Below, piece by piece: positions 9,666 to 21,600 of a stretch of 64,000 nt of DNA. The first letter of the stretch is position 1, and the number at the start of each line of letters is the position of its first letter. The DNA is taken from positions 102,796,001 to 102,860,000 of the forward strand of contig OZ024744.1 in NCBI GenBank assembly GCA_964016885.1, in the 5' to 3' direction. The notes beneath the pieces were generated by a model. The model made no database searches and was not told where the DNA came from. It saw only the letters and a program-made list of their open reading frames with translations. This stretch comes from Eledone cirrhosa. Its lineage: Eukaryota. The translations under genes and the position numbers were made by a program.

Positions 9666-12600
9666 AAAGCAACCAGTCCACTGTTTAAAGTGATCCTGCT
9701 GCCATGAAACTAAAAAGTAACCTGTCTACTGTTTAAAGTGGTCCTGCTGCGATGTAACTAAAAGGTAGTCAGTCCACTGTTTAAAGTGGTCCTGCTGCCA
9801 TGAAAGTAACAAGTAACCAGGCAACTGTCTAAAGTGGTCCTGCTGCCATGAAACTAAAAAATAACCATTCCACTGTTTAAAGTGGTCCTGTTGCCATAAA
9901 ACTAAAAAGTAGTCAGTCCACTGTTTAAAGTGGTCCTGTTGCCATGAAACTAAAAAGTAGTCAGTCTACTGTTTAAAGTGGTCCTGTTGCCATGAAACTA
10001 AAAAGTAGTCAGTCCACTGTTTAAAGTGGTCCTGCTGCCATGAAACTAAAAAGTAGTCAGTCTACTGTTTAAAGTGATCCTGTTGCCATGAAACTAAAAA
10101 GTAGTCAGTCTACTGTTTAAAGTGGTCCTGTTGCCATGAAACTAAAAAGTAGTCAGTCTACTGTTTAAAGTGGTCCTGTTGCCATGAAACTAAAAAGTAG
10201 TCAGTCCACTGTTTAAAGTGGTCCTGCTGCCATGAAACTAAAAAGTAGTCAGTCTACTGTTTAAAGTGATCCTGTTGCCATGAAACCAAAAAGTAGTCAG
10301 TCCACTGTTTAAAGTGGTCCTACTGCCATGAAACTAAAAAGTAGTCAGTCCACTGTTTAAAGTGGTCCTGCTGCCATGGAACTAAAAATTAATCAGTCTA
10401 CTGTTTAAAGTGGTCCTGCTGCCATGAAACTAAAAAGTAGTCAGTCTACTGTTTAAAGTGGTCCTGCTGCCATGAAACTAAAAAATAGTCAGTCCACTGT
10501 TTAAACTGGTCCTGTTGCCATGAAACTAAAAAGTAACTAGTCTACTGTTTAAAGTGCTCCTGCTGCCATGAAACTAAAAAGTAGTCAGTCTACTGTTTAA
10601 AGTGGTCCTGCTGCCATGAAACTAAAAAATAGTCAGTCCACTGTTTAAAGTGGTCCTGTTGCCATTAAAATAAAAAGTAACCAGTCTACTGTATAAAGTT
10701 GTCCTGCTGCCATGAAACTAAAAAGTAGTCATTCTACTGGTGAAAATGGTCCTGTTGGCATGAAATTAAAAATTTACCAGTCCACTGTTTAAAGTGGTCC
10801 TGCTGCCATGAAACTAGAAAGTAACCAGTCTACTGTTTAAAGTGGTCATGTTGCCATGAATCTAAAAAGTAACCAGCTCACTGTTTAAAGTAACCTGCTG
10901 CCATGAAACTAAAAAGTAACCAATCTACTGTTTAAAGTGGTCCTGCTGCCATGAAACTAAAAAGTAGTCAGGCTACTGTTTAATGTGGTCCTGTTGCCAT
11001 GAAACTAAAAAGTAGTCAGTCTACTGTTTAAAGTGGTCCTGTTGCCATGAAACTAAAAAGTAGTCAGTCTACTGTTTAAAGTGGTCCTGTTGCCATGAAA
11101 CTAAAAAGTAGTCAGTCTACTGTTTAAAGTGGTCCTGTTGCCATGAAACTAAAAAGTAGTCAGTCTACTGTTTAAAGTGGTCCTGTTGCCATGAAACTAA
11201 AAAGTAGTCACTCTACTGTTTAAAGTGTTCCTGTTGCCATGAAACTAAAAAGTAGTCAGTCTACTGTTTAAAATGGTCCTGTTGCCATGAAACTAAAAAG
11301 TAGTCAGTCTACTGTTTAAAGTGGTCCTGTTGCCATGAAACTAAAAAGTAGTCAGTCTACTGTTTAAAGTGGTCCTGCTGCCATGAAACTAAAAAGTAGT
11401 CAGTCTACTATTTAAAGTGATCCTGTTGCCATGAAACCAAAAATTAGTCAGTCCACTGTTTAAAGTGGTCCTGCTGCCATAAAACTATAAAGTAGTCTGT
11501 CTACTGTTTAAAGTGGTCCTGCTGACATGAAACTAAAAAGTAGTCAGTCCATGTTTAAAGTGGTCCTGCTGCCATGAAACTAAAAAGTAGTCTGTCCACC
11601 GTTTAAAGTGGTCGTGCTGCCATGAAACTAAAAATAGTCAGTCCACTGTTTAAAGCGGTCCTGCTGCCAAGAAATTAAAAAGTAGTCAGTCTACTATTTA
11701 AAGTGGTCCTGCTGACATGAAACTAAAAAGTAGTCAGTCCATATTTAAAGTGGTCCTGCTGCCATGAAACTAAAAAGTAGTCAGTCCACTGTTTAAAGTG
11801 GTCCTGCTGCCATGAAACTAAAAAGTAACCAGTCCACTGTTTAAAGTGGTCCTGCTGCCATGAAAATAAAAAGTAGTCAGTCCACTGTTTTAAGTGGTCC
11901 TGCTGCCATGAAACTAAAAAGTAACCAGTCTACTGCTTAAAGTGGTCCTGTTGCCATTAAACTAAAAAGTAACCAGTCAACTGTATAAAGTTGACCTGCT
12001 GCCATGAAACTAAAAAGTAACCAATCTACTGTTTAAAGTGGTCCTGCTGCCATGAAACTAAAAAGTAGTCAGGCTACTGTTTAAAGTGGTCCTGTTGCCA
12101 TGAAACTAAAGAGTAACCAGTCCACTGTTTAAAGTGCTCCTGCTGCGATGAAACAAAAAATAGTAAGTCTACTTTTTAAAGTGGTCCTGTTGCCATGAAA
12201 CTAAAAAGTAAACAGTCTACTGTTTAAAGTTGTCCTGCTGCCATGAAACTAAAAAGTAGTCAGTCTACTGTTTAAAGTTATCCTGTTGCCATGAAACCAA
12301 AAAGTAGTCAGTCCACTGTTTAAAGTGGTCCTGCTGCCATGAAACTAAAAAGTAGTCAGTCTACTGTTTAAAGTGGTCCTGCTGCCATGAAACTAAAAAG
12401 TAACCAGTCTACTGTTTAAAGTGGTCCTGCTGCCATGAAACTAAAAAGTAGTCAGTCTACTGTTTAAAGTGGTCCTGCTGCCATGAAACTAAAAAGTAAC
12501 CAGTCTACTGTATAAAGTTGTCCTGCTGCCATGAAACTACAAAGTAGTCATTCTACTGGTGAAAATGGTCCTGTTGGCATGAAACTAAAAATTTACCAGA

Positions 12601-15600
12601 CCACTGTTTAAAGTGGTCCTGCTGCCATGAAACTAGAAAGTAACCAGTCTACTATTTAAAGTGGTCATGTGGCCATGAATCTAAAAAGTAACCAGCTCAC
12701 TGTTTAAAGTAACCTGCTGCCATGAAACTAAAAAGTAACCAATCTACTGTTTAAAATGGTCCTGCTGCCATGAAACTAAAAAGTAGTCAGGCTACTGTTT
12801 AATGTGGTCCTGTTGCCATGAAACTAAAAAGTAATCAGTCTACTGTTTAAACTGTTCCTGTTGCCATGAAACTAAAAAGTAGTCAGTCTACTGTTTAAAG
12901 TGGTCCTGCTGCCATGAAACTAAAAAGTAGTCAGTCTACTGTTTAAAGTGGTCCTGTTGCCATGAAACTAAAAAGTAGTCAGTCCACTGTTTAAAGTGGT
13001 CCTGCTGCCATGAAACTAAAAAGTAGTCAGTCTACTATTTAAAGTGATCCTGTTGCCATGAAACCAAAAAGTAGTCAGTCCACTGTTTAAAGTGGTCCTG
13101 CTGCCATAAAACTATAAAGTAGTCAGTCTACTGTTTAAAGTGGTCCTGCTGACATGAAACTAAAAAGTAGTCAGTCCATGTTTAAAGTGGTCCTGCTGCC
13201 ATGAAACTAAAAATAGTCAGTCCACTGTTTAAAGCGGTCCTGCTGCCAAGAAATTAAAAAGTAGTCAGTCTACTATTTAAAGTGGTCCTGCTGACATGAA
13301 ACTAAAAAGTAGTCAGTCCATATTTAAAGTGGTCCTGCTGCCATGAAACTAAAAAGTAGACAGTCCACTGTTTAAAGTGGTCCTGCTGCCATGAAACTAA
13401 AAAGTAACCAGTCCACTGTTTAAAGTGGTCCTGCTGCCATGAAAATAAAAAGTAGTCAGTCCACTGTTTAAAGTGGTCCTGCTGCCATGAAACTAAAAAG
13501 TAACCAGTCTACTGCTTAAAGTGGTCCTGTTGCCATTAAACTAAAAAGTAACCAGTCAACTGTATAAAGTTGTCCTGCTGCCATGAAACTAAAAAGTAAC
13601 CAGTCTACTGTTTAAAGTGGTCCTGTTGCCATGAAACTAAAGAGTAACCAGTCCACTGTTTAAGTGCACCTGCTGCCATGAAACTAAAAATAGTCAGTCT
13701 ACTTTTTAAAGTGGTCCTGTTGCCATGAAACTAAAAAGTAGTCAGTCCGATATTTAAAGTTGTCCTGCTGCCATGAAACTAAAAAGTAGTCAGTCTACTG
13801 TTTAAAGTTATCCTGTTGCCATGAAACCAAAAAGTAGTCAGTCCACTGTTTAAAGTGGTCCTGCTGCCATGAAACTAAAAAGTAGTCAGTCTACTGTTTA
13901 AAGTGGTCCTGCTGCCATGAAACTAAAAAGTAACCAGTCTACTGTTTAAAGTGGTCCTGCTGCCATGAAACTAAAAAGTAGTCAGTCTACTGTTTAAAGT
14001 GGTCCTGCTGCCATGAAACTAAAAAGTAGTCAGTCTACTGTTTAAAGTGGTCCTGCTGCCATGAAACTAAAAAGTAACCAGTCTACTGTTTAAAGTGGTC
14101 CTGCTGCCATGAAACTAAAAAGTAGTCAGTCTACTGTTTAAAGTGGTCCTGCTGCCATGAAACTAAAAAGTAGTCAGTCTACTGTTTAAAGTGGTCCTGT
14201 TGCCATGAAACTAAAAAGTAACCAGTCTACTGTTTAAAGTGGTCCTGCTGCCATGGAACTAAAAAGTAATCAGTCTACTGTTTAAAGTGGGCCTGCTGCT
14301 ATGAAACTAAAAAGTAGTCAGTCCACTGTTTAAAGTGGTTCTGCTGCCATGAAACTAAAAAGTAACCAGTCCACTGTTTAAAGTGGTACTGTTGCAATGA
14401 AACTAAAAAGTAACCAGTCCACTGTTTAAAGTGGTACTGTTGCAATGAAACTAAAAAGTAGTCAGTCCACTGTTTAAAGTGGTCCTGCTGCCATGAAACA
14501 AAAAGTAACCAGTCTACTGCTTAAAGTGGTCCTGTTCCATGAAACTAAAAAGTAGTCAGTCTACTGTTTAAAGTGGTCCTGCTGCCATGAAACTAAAAAG
14601 TAGTCAGTCTACTGTTTAAAGTGGTCCTGTTGCCATGAAACTAAAAAATAGTCAGTCTACTGTTTAAAGTGGTCCTGCTGCCATGAAACTAAAAAGTAAC
14701 CAGTCCAGTATTTGAAGTGGTCCTGCTGCCATGAAACTAAAAATTAGTCAGTCTATTGTTTAAAGTGGTCCTGTTGCCATGAAACTAAAAAGTGGTCAGT
14801 CTACTGTTCAAAGTGGTCCTGCTGCCATGAAACTAAAAAGTAGTCAGTCTACTGTTTAACTGGTCTTGTTGCCATGAAACTAAAAAGTAACCAGTCTACT
14901 GGTCAAAGTGGTCCTGCTGCCATGAAACTAAAAAGTAACCAGTCCAGTATTTGAAGTGGTCCTGCTGCCATGAAACTAAAAATTAGTCAGTCTATTGTTT
15001 AAAGTGGTCCTGTTGCCATGAAACTAAAAAGTAGTCAGTCAACTGTTTAAAGTGGTCCTGCTGCCATGAAACTAAAAACGAGTCAGTCTACTGTTTAAAC
15101 TGGTCCTGCTGCCATGAAACTAAAAAGTAACCAGTTCCACTGTTTAAAGTGGTCCTGTTGCCATGAAACTAAAAAGTAAACAGTCTACTGTTTAAAGTGG
15201 TCCGGTTGCCATGAAACTAAAAAGTAAACAGTCTACTGTTTAAAGTGGTCCTGTTGCCGTGATACTAAAAAGTAACCATTCCACTGTTTAAGTGGTCCTG
15301 CTGCCATGAAACTAGAAAGTAACCAGCCTACTCTTTAAAGTGGTCCTGTTGCCATTAAACTAAAAAGTAACCAGTCTACTGTTTAAAGTGGTCCTGCTGC
15401 CATGAAACTAAAAAGTAGTCAGTCTACTGTTTAAAGTGGCCTTGCTTCCATGAAACTAAAAAGTAGTCAGTATACTGTTTAAAGTGGTCCTGCTGCCATG
15501 AAACTAAAAAGTAACCAGACCACTGTTTAAATTGGTCCTGCTCCCATGAAACTAAAAAGTAACCAGTCTACTGCTTAAAGTGGTTCTGTTGCCATGAAAC

Positions 15601-18600
15601 TAAAAAGCAGTCAGTCTACTGTTTAAAGTGGTCCTGTTGCCATGAAACTCAAAAGTAACCAGTCTACTGCTTAAAGTGGTCCTCTTGCAATGAAACTAAA
15701 AAGTAGTCAGTCTACTGTTTAAAGTGGTCCTGCTGCCATGAAACTAAAAAGTAGTCAGTCTACTGTTTAAAGTGGTCCTGCTGCCATGAAACTAAAAAGT
15801 AACCAGTCCACTTTTTAAAGTGGTCCTGCTGCCATGAAACTAAACAGTAACCAGTCCACTGTTTAAAGGGGTCCTGCTGCCATGAAACTAAAAAGTAACC
15901 AGTCCACTGTTTAAAGTGGTCCTGTTGCCATGAAACTAAAAAGTAGTCAGACCACTGTTTAAAGTGGTCCTGCTGCCATGAAACTAAAAAGTAACCAGTC
16001 TACTGCTTAAAGTGGTCCTCTTGCAATGAAACTAAAAAGTAGTCAGTCTACTGTTTAAAGTGGTCCTGCTGCCATGAAACTAAAAAGTAGTCAGTCTACT
16101 GTTTAAAGTGGTCCTGTTGCCATGAAACTAAAAAATAGTCAGTCTTCTGTTTAAAGTGGTCCTGCTGCCATGAAACTAAAAAGTAGTGAGTATACTGTTT
16201 AAAGTGGTCCTGCTGCCATGAAACTAAAAAGTAACCAGTCCACTGTTTAAAGTGGTCCTGCTGCCATGAAACTAAAATTAACCAGTCTACTGCTTAAAGT
16301 GGTTCTGTTGCCATGAAACTAAAAAGCAGTCCGTCTACTGTTTAAAGTGGTCCTGTTGCCATGAAACTCAAAAGTAACCAGTCCACTGTTTAAAATGGTC
16401 CTGTTGCCATGAAACTAAAAAGTAGCCAGTCTACTGTTTAAAGTGGTCCTGCTGCCATGAAACTAAAAAGTAACCATTCCACTGTTTGAAGCGGTCCTGC
16501 TGCCATGAAACTAAAAAGTAACCAGTCCACTGTTTAAAGTGGTCCTGCTGCATTGAAACTAAAAAGTAACCAGTCCACTATTTAAAGTGGTCCTGTTGCC
16601 ATGAAACTACAAAGTAGTCAGTCCACTGTTTAAAGTGGTCCTGCTGCCATGAAACTAAAAAGTAACCAGTCTACTGCTTAAAGTGGTCCTGCTGCCATGA
16701 AACTAAAAAGTAGTCAGTCTACTGTTTAAAGTGGTCCTGTTGCCATGAAACTAAAAAATAGTCAGTCTACTGTTTAAAGTGGTCCTGCTGCCATGAAACT
16801 AAAAAGTAGTCATTCTACTGGTTAAAGTGGTTATACTGCCATGAAACTAAAAAGTAGTCAGTCTACTGGTTAAAGTAATCCTGTTGCCATGAAACTAAAA
16901 AGTAGTCAGTCCACTGTTTAAACTGGTCCTGCTGCCATGAAACTAAAAAGTAACCAGTTCCACTGTTTAAAGTGGTACTGTTGCCATGAAACTAAAAAGT
17001 AAACAGTCTACTGTTTAAAGTGGTCCTGTTGCCGTGAAACTAAAAAGTAACCATTCCACTGTTTAAAGTGGTCCTGCTGCCATGAAACTAGAAAGTAACC
17101 AGCCTACTCTTTAAAGTGGTCCTGTTTCCATTAAACTAAAAAGTAACCAGTCTACTGTTTAAAGTGGTCCTGCTGCCATGAAACTAAAAAGTAGTCAGTC
17201 TACTGTTTAAAGTGGTCCTGTTGCCATGAAACTAAAAAATAGTCAGTCTTCTGTTTAAAGTGGTCCTGCTGCCATGAAACTAAAAAGTAGTCAGTATACT
17301 GTTTAAAGTGGTCCTGCTGCTATGAAACTAAAAAGTAACCAGTCTACTGTTTAAAGTGGTCCTGCTGCCATGAAACTAAAAAGTAACCAGTCTACTGTTT
17401 AAAGTGGTCCTGCTGCCATGGAACTAAAAAGTAATCAGTCTACTGTTTAAAGTGGTACTGTTGCAATGAAACTATAAAGTAACCAGTCTACTGTTTAAAG
17501 TGGTCATGCTGCCATGGAACTAAAAAGTAATCAGTCTACTGTTTAAAGTGGTCCTGCTGCTATGAAACTAAAAAGTAGTCAGTCCACTGTTTAAAGTGGT
17601 CCTGCTGCCATGAAACTAAAAAGTAACCAGTCCACTGTTTAAAGTGGTACTGTTGCAATGAAACTAAAAAGTAACCAGTCCACTGTTTAAAGTGGTACTG
17701 TTGCAATGAAACTAAAAAGTAGTCAGTCCACTGTTTAAAGTGGTCCTGCTGCCATGAAACTAAAAAGTAGTCAGTCTACTGTTTAAAGTGGTCCTGTTGC
17801 CATGAAACTAATAAGTAGTCAGTATACTGTTTAAAGTGGTCCTGCTGCCATGAAACTAAAAAGTAGTCAGTATACTGTTTAAAGTGGTCCTGCTGCCATG
17901 AAACTAAAAAGTAACCAGTCCACTGTTTAAAGTGGTCCTGCTGCCATGAAACTAAAAAGTAACCAGTCTACTGCTTAAAGTGGTTCTGTTGCCATGAAAC
18001 TAAAAAGCAGTCCGTCTACTGTTTAAAGTGGTACTGTTGCCATGAAACTCAAAAGTAACCAGTACACTGTTTAAAATGGTCCTGTTGCCATGAAACTAAA
18101 AAGTAGCCAGTCTACTGTTTAAAGTGGTCCTGCTGCCATGAAACTAAAAAGTAACCAGTCTACTGTTTAAAGTGGTCCTGCTGCCATGAAACTAAAAAGT
18201 AGTCATTCTACTGGTTAAAGTGGTTATGCTGCCATGAAACTAAAAAGTAGTCAGTCTACTGGTTAAAGTGGTTATACTGCCATGAAACTAAAAAGTAGTC
18301 AGTCTACTGGTTAAAGTGATCCTGTTGCCATGAAACTAAAAAGTAGTCAGTCCACTGTTTAAACTGGTCCTGCTGCCATGAAACTAAAAAGTAACCAGTT
18401 CCACTGTTTAAAGTGGTACTGTTGCCATGAAACTAAAAAGTAAAGAGTCTACTGTTTAAAGTGGCCCTGTTGCCGTGAAACTAAAAAGTAACCATTCCAC
18501 TGTTTAAAGTGGTCCTGCTGCCATGAAACTAAAAAGTAACCAGCCTACTCTTTAAAGTGGTCCTGTTGCCATTAAACTAAAAAGTAACCAGTCTACTGTT

Positions 18601-21600
18601 TAAAGTGGTCCTGCTGCCATGAAACTAAAAAGTAGTCAGTCTACTGTTTAAAGTGGTCCTGCTGCCATGAAACTAAAAAGTAGTCAGTATACTGTTTAAA
18701 GTGGTCCTGCTGCTATGAAACTAAAAAGTAACAAGTCTACTGTTTAAAGTGGTCCTGCTGCCATAAAACTAAAAAGTAACCAGTCTACTGTTTAAAGTGG
18801 TTCTGCTGCCATGAAATTAAAAAGTAACCAGTCCACTGTTTAAAGTGGTACTGTTGCAATGAAACTAAAAAGTAACCAGTCCACTGTTTAAAGTGGTACT
18901 GTTGCAATGAAACTAAAAAGTAGTCAGTCCACTTTTTAAAGTGGTCCTGCTGCCATGAAACAAAAAGTAACCAGTCTACTGCTTAAAGTGGTCCTGTTGC
19001 CATGAAACTAAAAAGTAGTCAGTCTACTGTTTAAAGTGGTCCTGTTGCCATGAAACTAAAAAATAGTCAGTCTACTGTTTAAAGTGGTCCTGCTGCCATG
19101 AAACTAAAAAGTAACCAGTCCAGTATTTAAAGTGGTCCTGCTGCCATGAAACTAAAAATTAGTCAGTCTACTGTTTAAAGTGGTCCTGTTGCCATGAAAC
19201 TAAAAAGTGGTCAGTCTACTGTTCAAAGTGGTCCTGCTGCCATGAAACTAAAAAGTAGTCAGTCTACTGTTTAACTGGTCTCGTTGCCATGAAACTAAAA
19301 AGTAACCAGTCTACTGGTCAAAGTGGTCCTGCTGCCATGAAACTAAAAAGTAGTCAGTCAACTGTTTAAAGTGGTCCTGCTGCCATGAAACTAAAAAGGA
19401 GTCAGTCTACTGTTTAAACTGGTCCTGCTGCCATGAAACTAAAAAGTAACCAGTTCCACTGTTTAAAGTGGTCCTGTTGCCATGAAACTAAAAAGTAAAC
19501 AGTCTACTTTTTAAAGTGGTCCTGTTGCCATGAAACTAAAAAGTAAACAGTCTACTGTTTAAAGTGGTCCTGTTGCCGTGAAACTAAAAAGTAACCATTC
19601 CACTGTTTAAAGTGGTCCTGCTGCCATGAAAATAGAAAGTAACCAGCCTACTCTTTAAAGTGGTCCTGTTGCCATTAAACTAAAAAGTAACCAGTCTACT
19701 GTTTAATGTGGTCCTGCTGCCATGAAACTAAAAAGTAGTCAGTCTACTGTTTAAAGTGGTCCTGCTGCCATGAAACTAAAAAGTAACCAGTCTACTGCTT
19801 AAAGTGGTCCTCTTGCAATGAAACTAAAAAGTAGTCAGTCTACTGTTTAAAGTGGTCCTGCTGCCATGAAACTAAAAAGTAGTCAGTCTACTGTTTAAAG
19901 TGGTCCTGTTGCCATGAAACTAAAAAATAGTCAGTCTTCTGTTTAAAGTGGTCCTGCTGCCATGAAACTAAAAAGTAGTCAGTATACTGTTTAAAGTGGT
20001 CCTGTTGCCATGAAACTCAAAAGTAACCAGTCCACTGTTTAAAATGGTCCTGTTGCCATGAAACTAAAAAGTAGCCAGTCTACTGTTTAAAGTGGCCCTG
20101 CTGCCAGGAAACTAAAAAGTAACCATTCCACTGTTTAAAGCGGTCCTGCTGCCATGAAACTAAAAAGTAACCAGTCCACTGTTTAAAGTGGTCCTGCTGC
20201 CATGAAACTAAAAAGTAACCAGTCCACTATTTAAAGTAGTCCTGTTGCCATGAAACTAAAAAGTAGTCAGTCCACTGTTTAAAGTGGTCCTGCTGCCATG
20301 AAACTAAAAAGTAACCAGTCTACTGCTTAAAGTGGTCCTGCTGCCATGAAACTAAAAAGTAGTCAGTCTACTGTTTAAAGTGGTCCTGTTGCCATGAAAC
20401 TAAAAAATAGTCAGTCTCCTGTTTAAAGTGGTCCTGCTGCCATGAAACTAAAAAGTAGTCATTCTACTGGTTAAAGTGGTTATGCTGCCATGAAACTAAA
20501 AAGTAGTCAGTCTACTGGTTAAAGTGGTTATACTGCCATGAAACTAAAAAGTAGTCAGTCTACTGGTTAAAGTGATCCTGTTGCCATGAAACTAAAAAGT
20601 AGTCAGTCCACTGTTTAAACTGGTCCTGCTGCCATGAAACTAAAAAGTAACCAGTTCCACTGTTTAAATGGTACTGTTGCCATGAAACTAAAAAGTAAAC
20701 AGTCTACTGTTTAAAGTGGTCCTGTTGCCGTGAAACTAAAAAGTAACCATTCCACTGTTTAAAGCGGTCCTGCTGCCATGAAACTAAAAAGTAACCAGTC
20801 TACTGCTTAAAGTGGTTCTGTTGCCATGAAACTAAAAAGCAGTCCGTCTACTGTTTAAAGTGGTCCTGCTGCCATGAAACTAAAAAGTAACCAGTCTACT
20901 GCTTAAAGTGGTTCTGTTGCCATGAAACTAAAAAGCAGTCCGTCTACTGTTTAAAGTGGTACTGTTGCCATGAAACTCAAAAGTAACCAGTACACTGTTT
21001 AAAATGGTCCTGTTGCCATGAAACTAAAAAGTAGCCAGTCTACTGTTTAAAGTGGTCCTGCTGCCATGAAACTAAAAAGTAGTCATTCTACTGGTTAAAG
21101 TGGTTATGCTGCCATGAAACTAAAAAGTAGTCAGTCTACTGGTTAAAGTGGTTATACTGCCATGAAACTAAAAAGTAGTCAGTCTACTGGTTAAAGTGAT
21201 CCTGTTGCCATGAAACTAAAAAGTAGTCAGTCCACTGTTTAAACTGGTCCTGCTGCCATGAAACTAAAAAGTAACCAGTTCCACTGTTTAAAGTGGTACT
21301 GTTGCCATGAAACTAAAAAGTAAACAGTCTACTGTTTAAAGTGGCCCTGTTGCCGTGAAACTAAAAAGTAACCATTCCACTGTTTAAAGTGGTCCTGCTG
21401 CAATGAAACTAAAAAGTAACCAGCCTACTCTTTAAAGTGGTCCTGTTGCCATTAAACTAAAAAGTAACCAGTCTACTGTTTAAAGTGGTCCTGCTGCCAT
21501 GAAACTAAAAAGTAGTCAGTCTACTGTTTAAAGTGGTCCTGTTGCCATGAAACTAAAAAATAGTCAGTCTTCTGTTTAAAGTGGTCCTGCTGCCATGAAA

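Noticed and set aside
6159-9681. Short ORFs within satellite A
   Set aside because: They arise where point variants or 43-mers remove stop codons, and the peptide cycles through all frames of the monomer.
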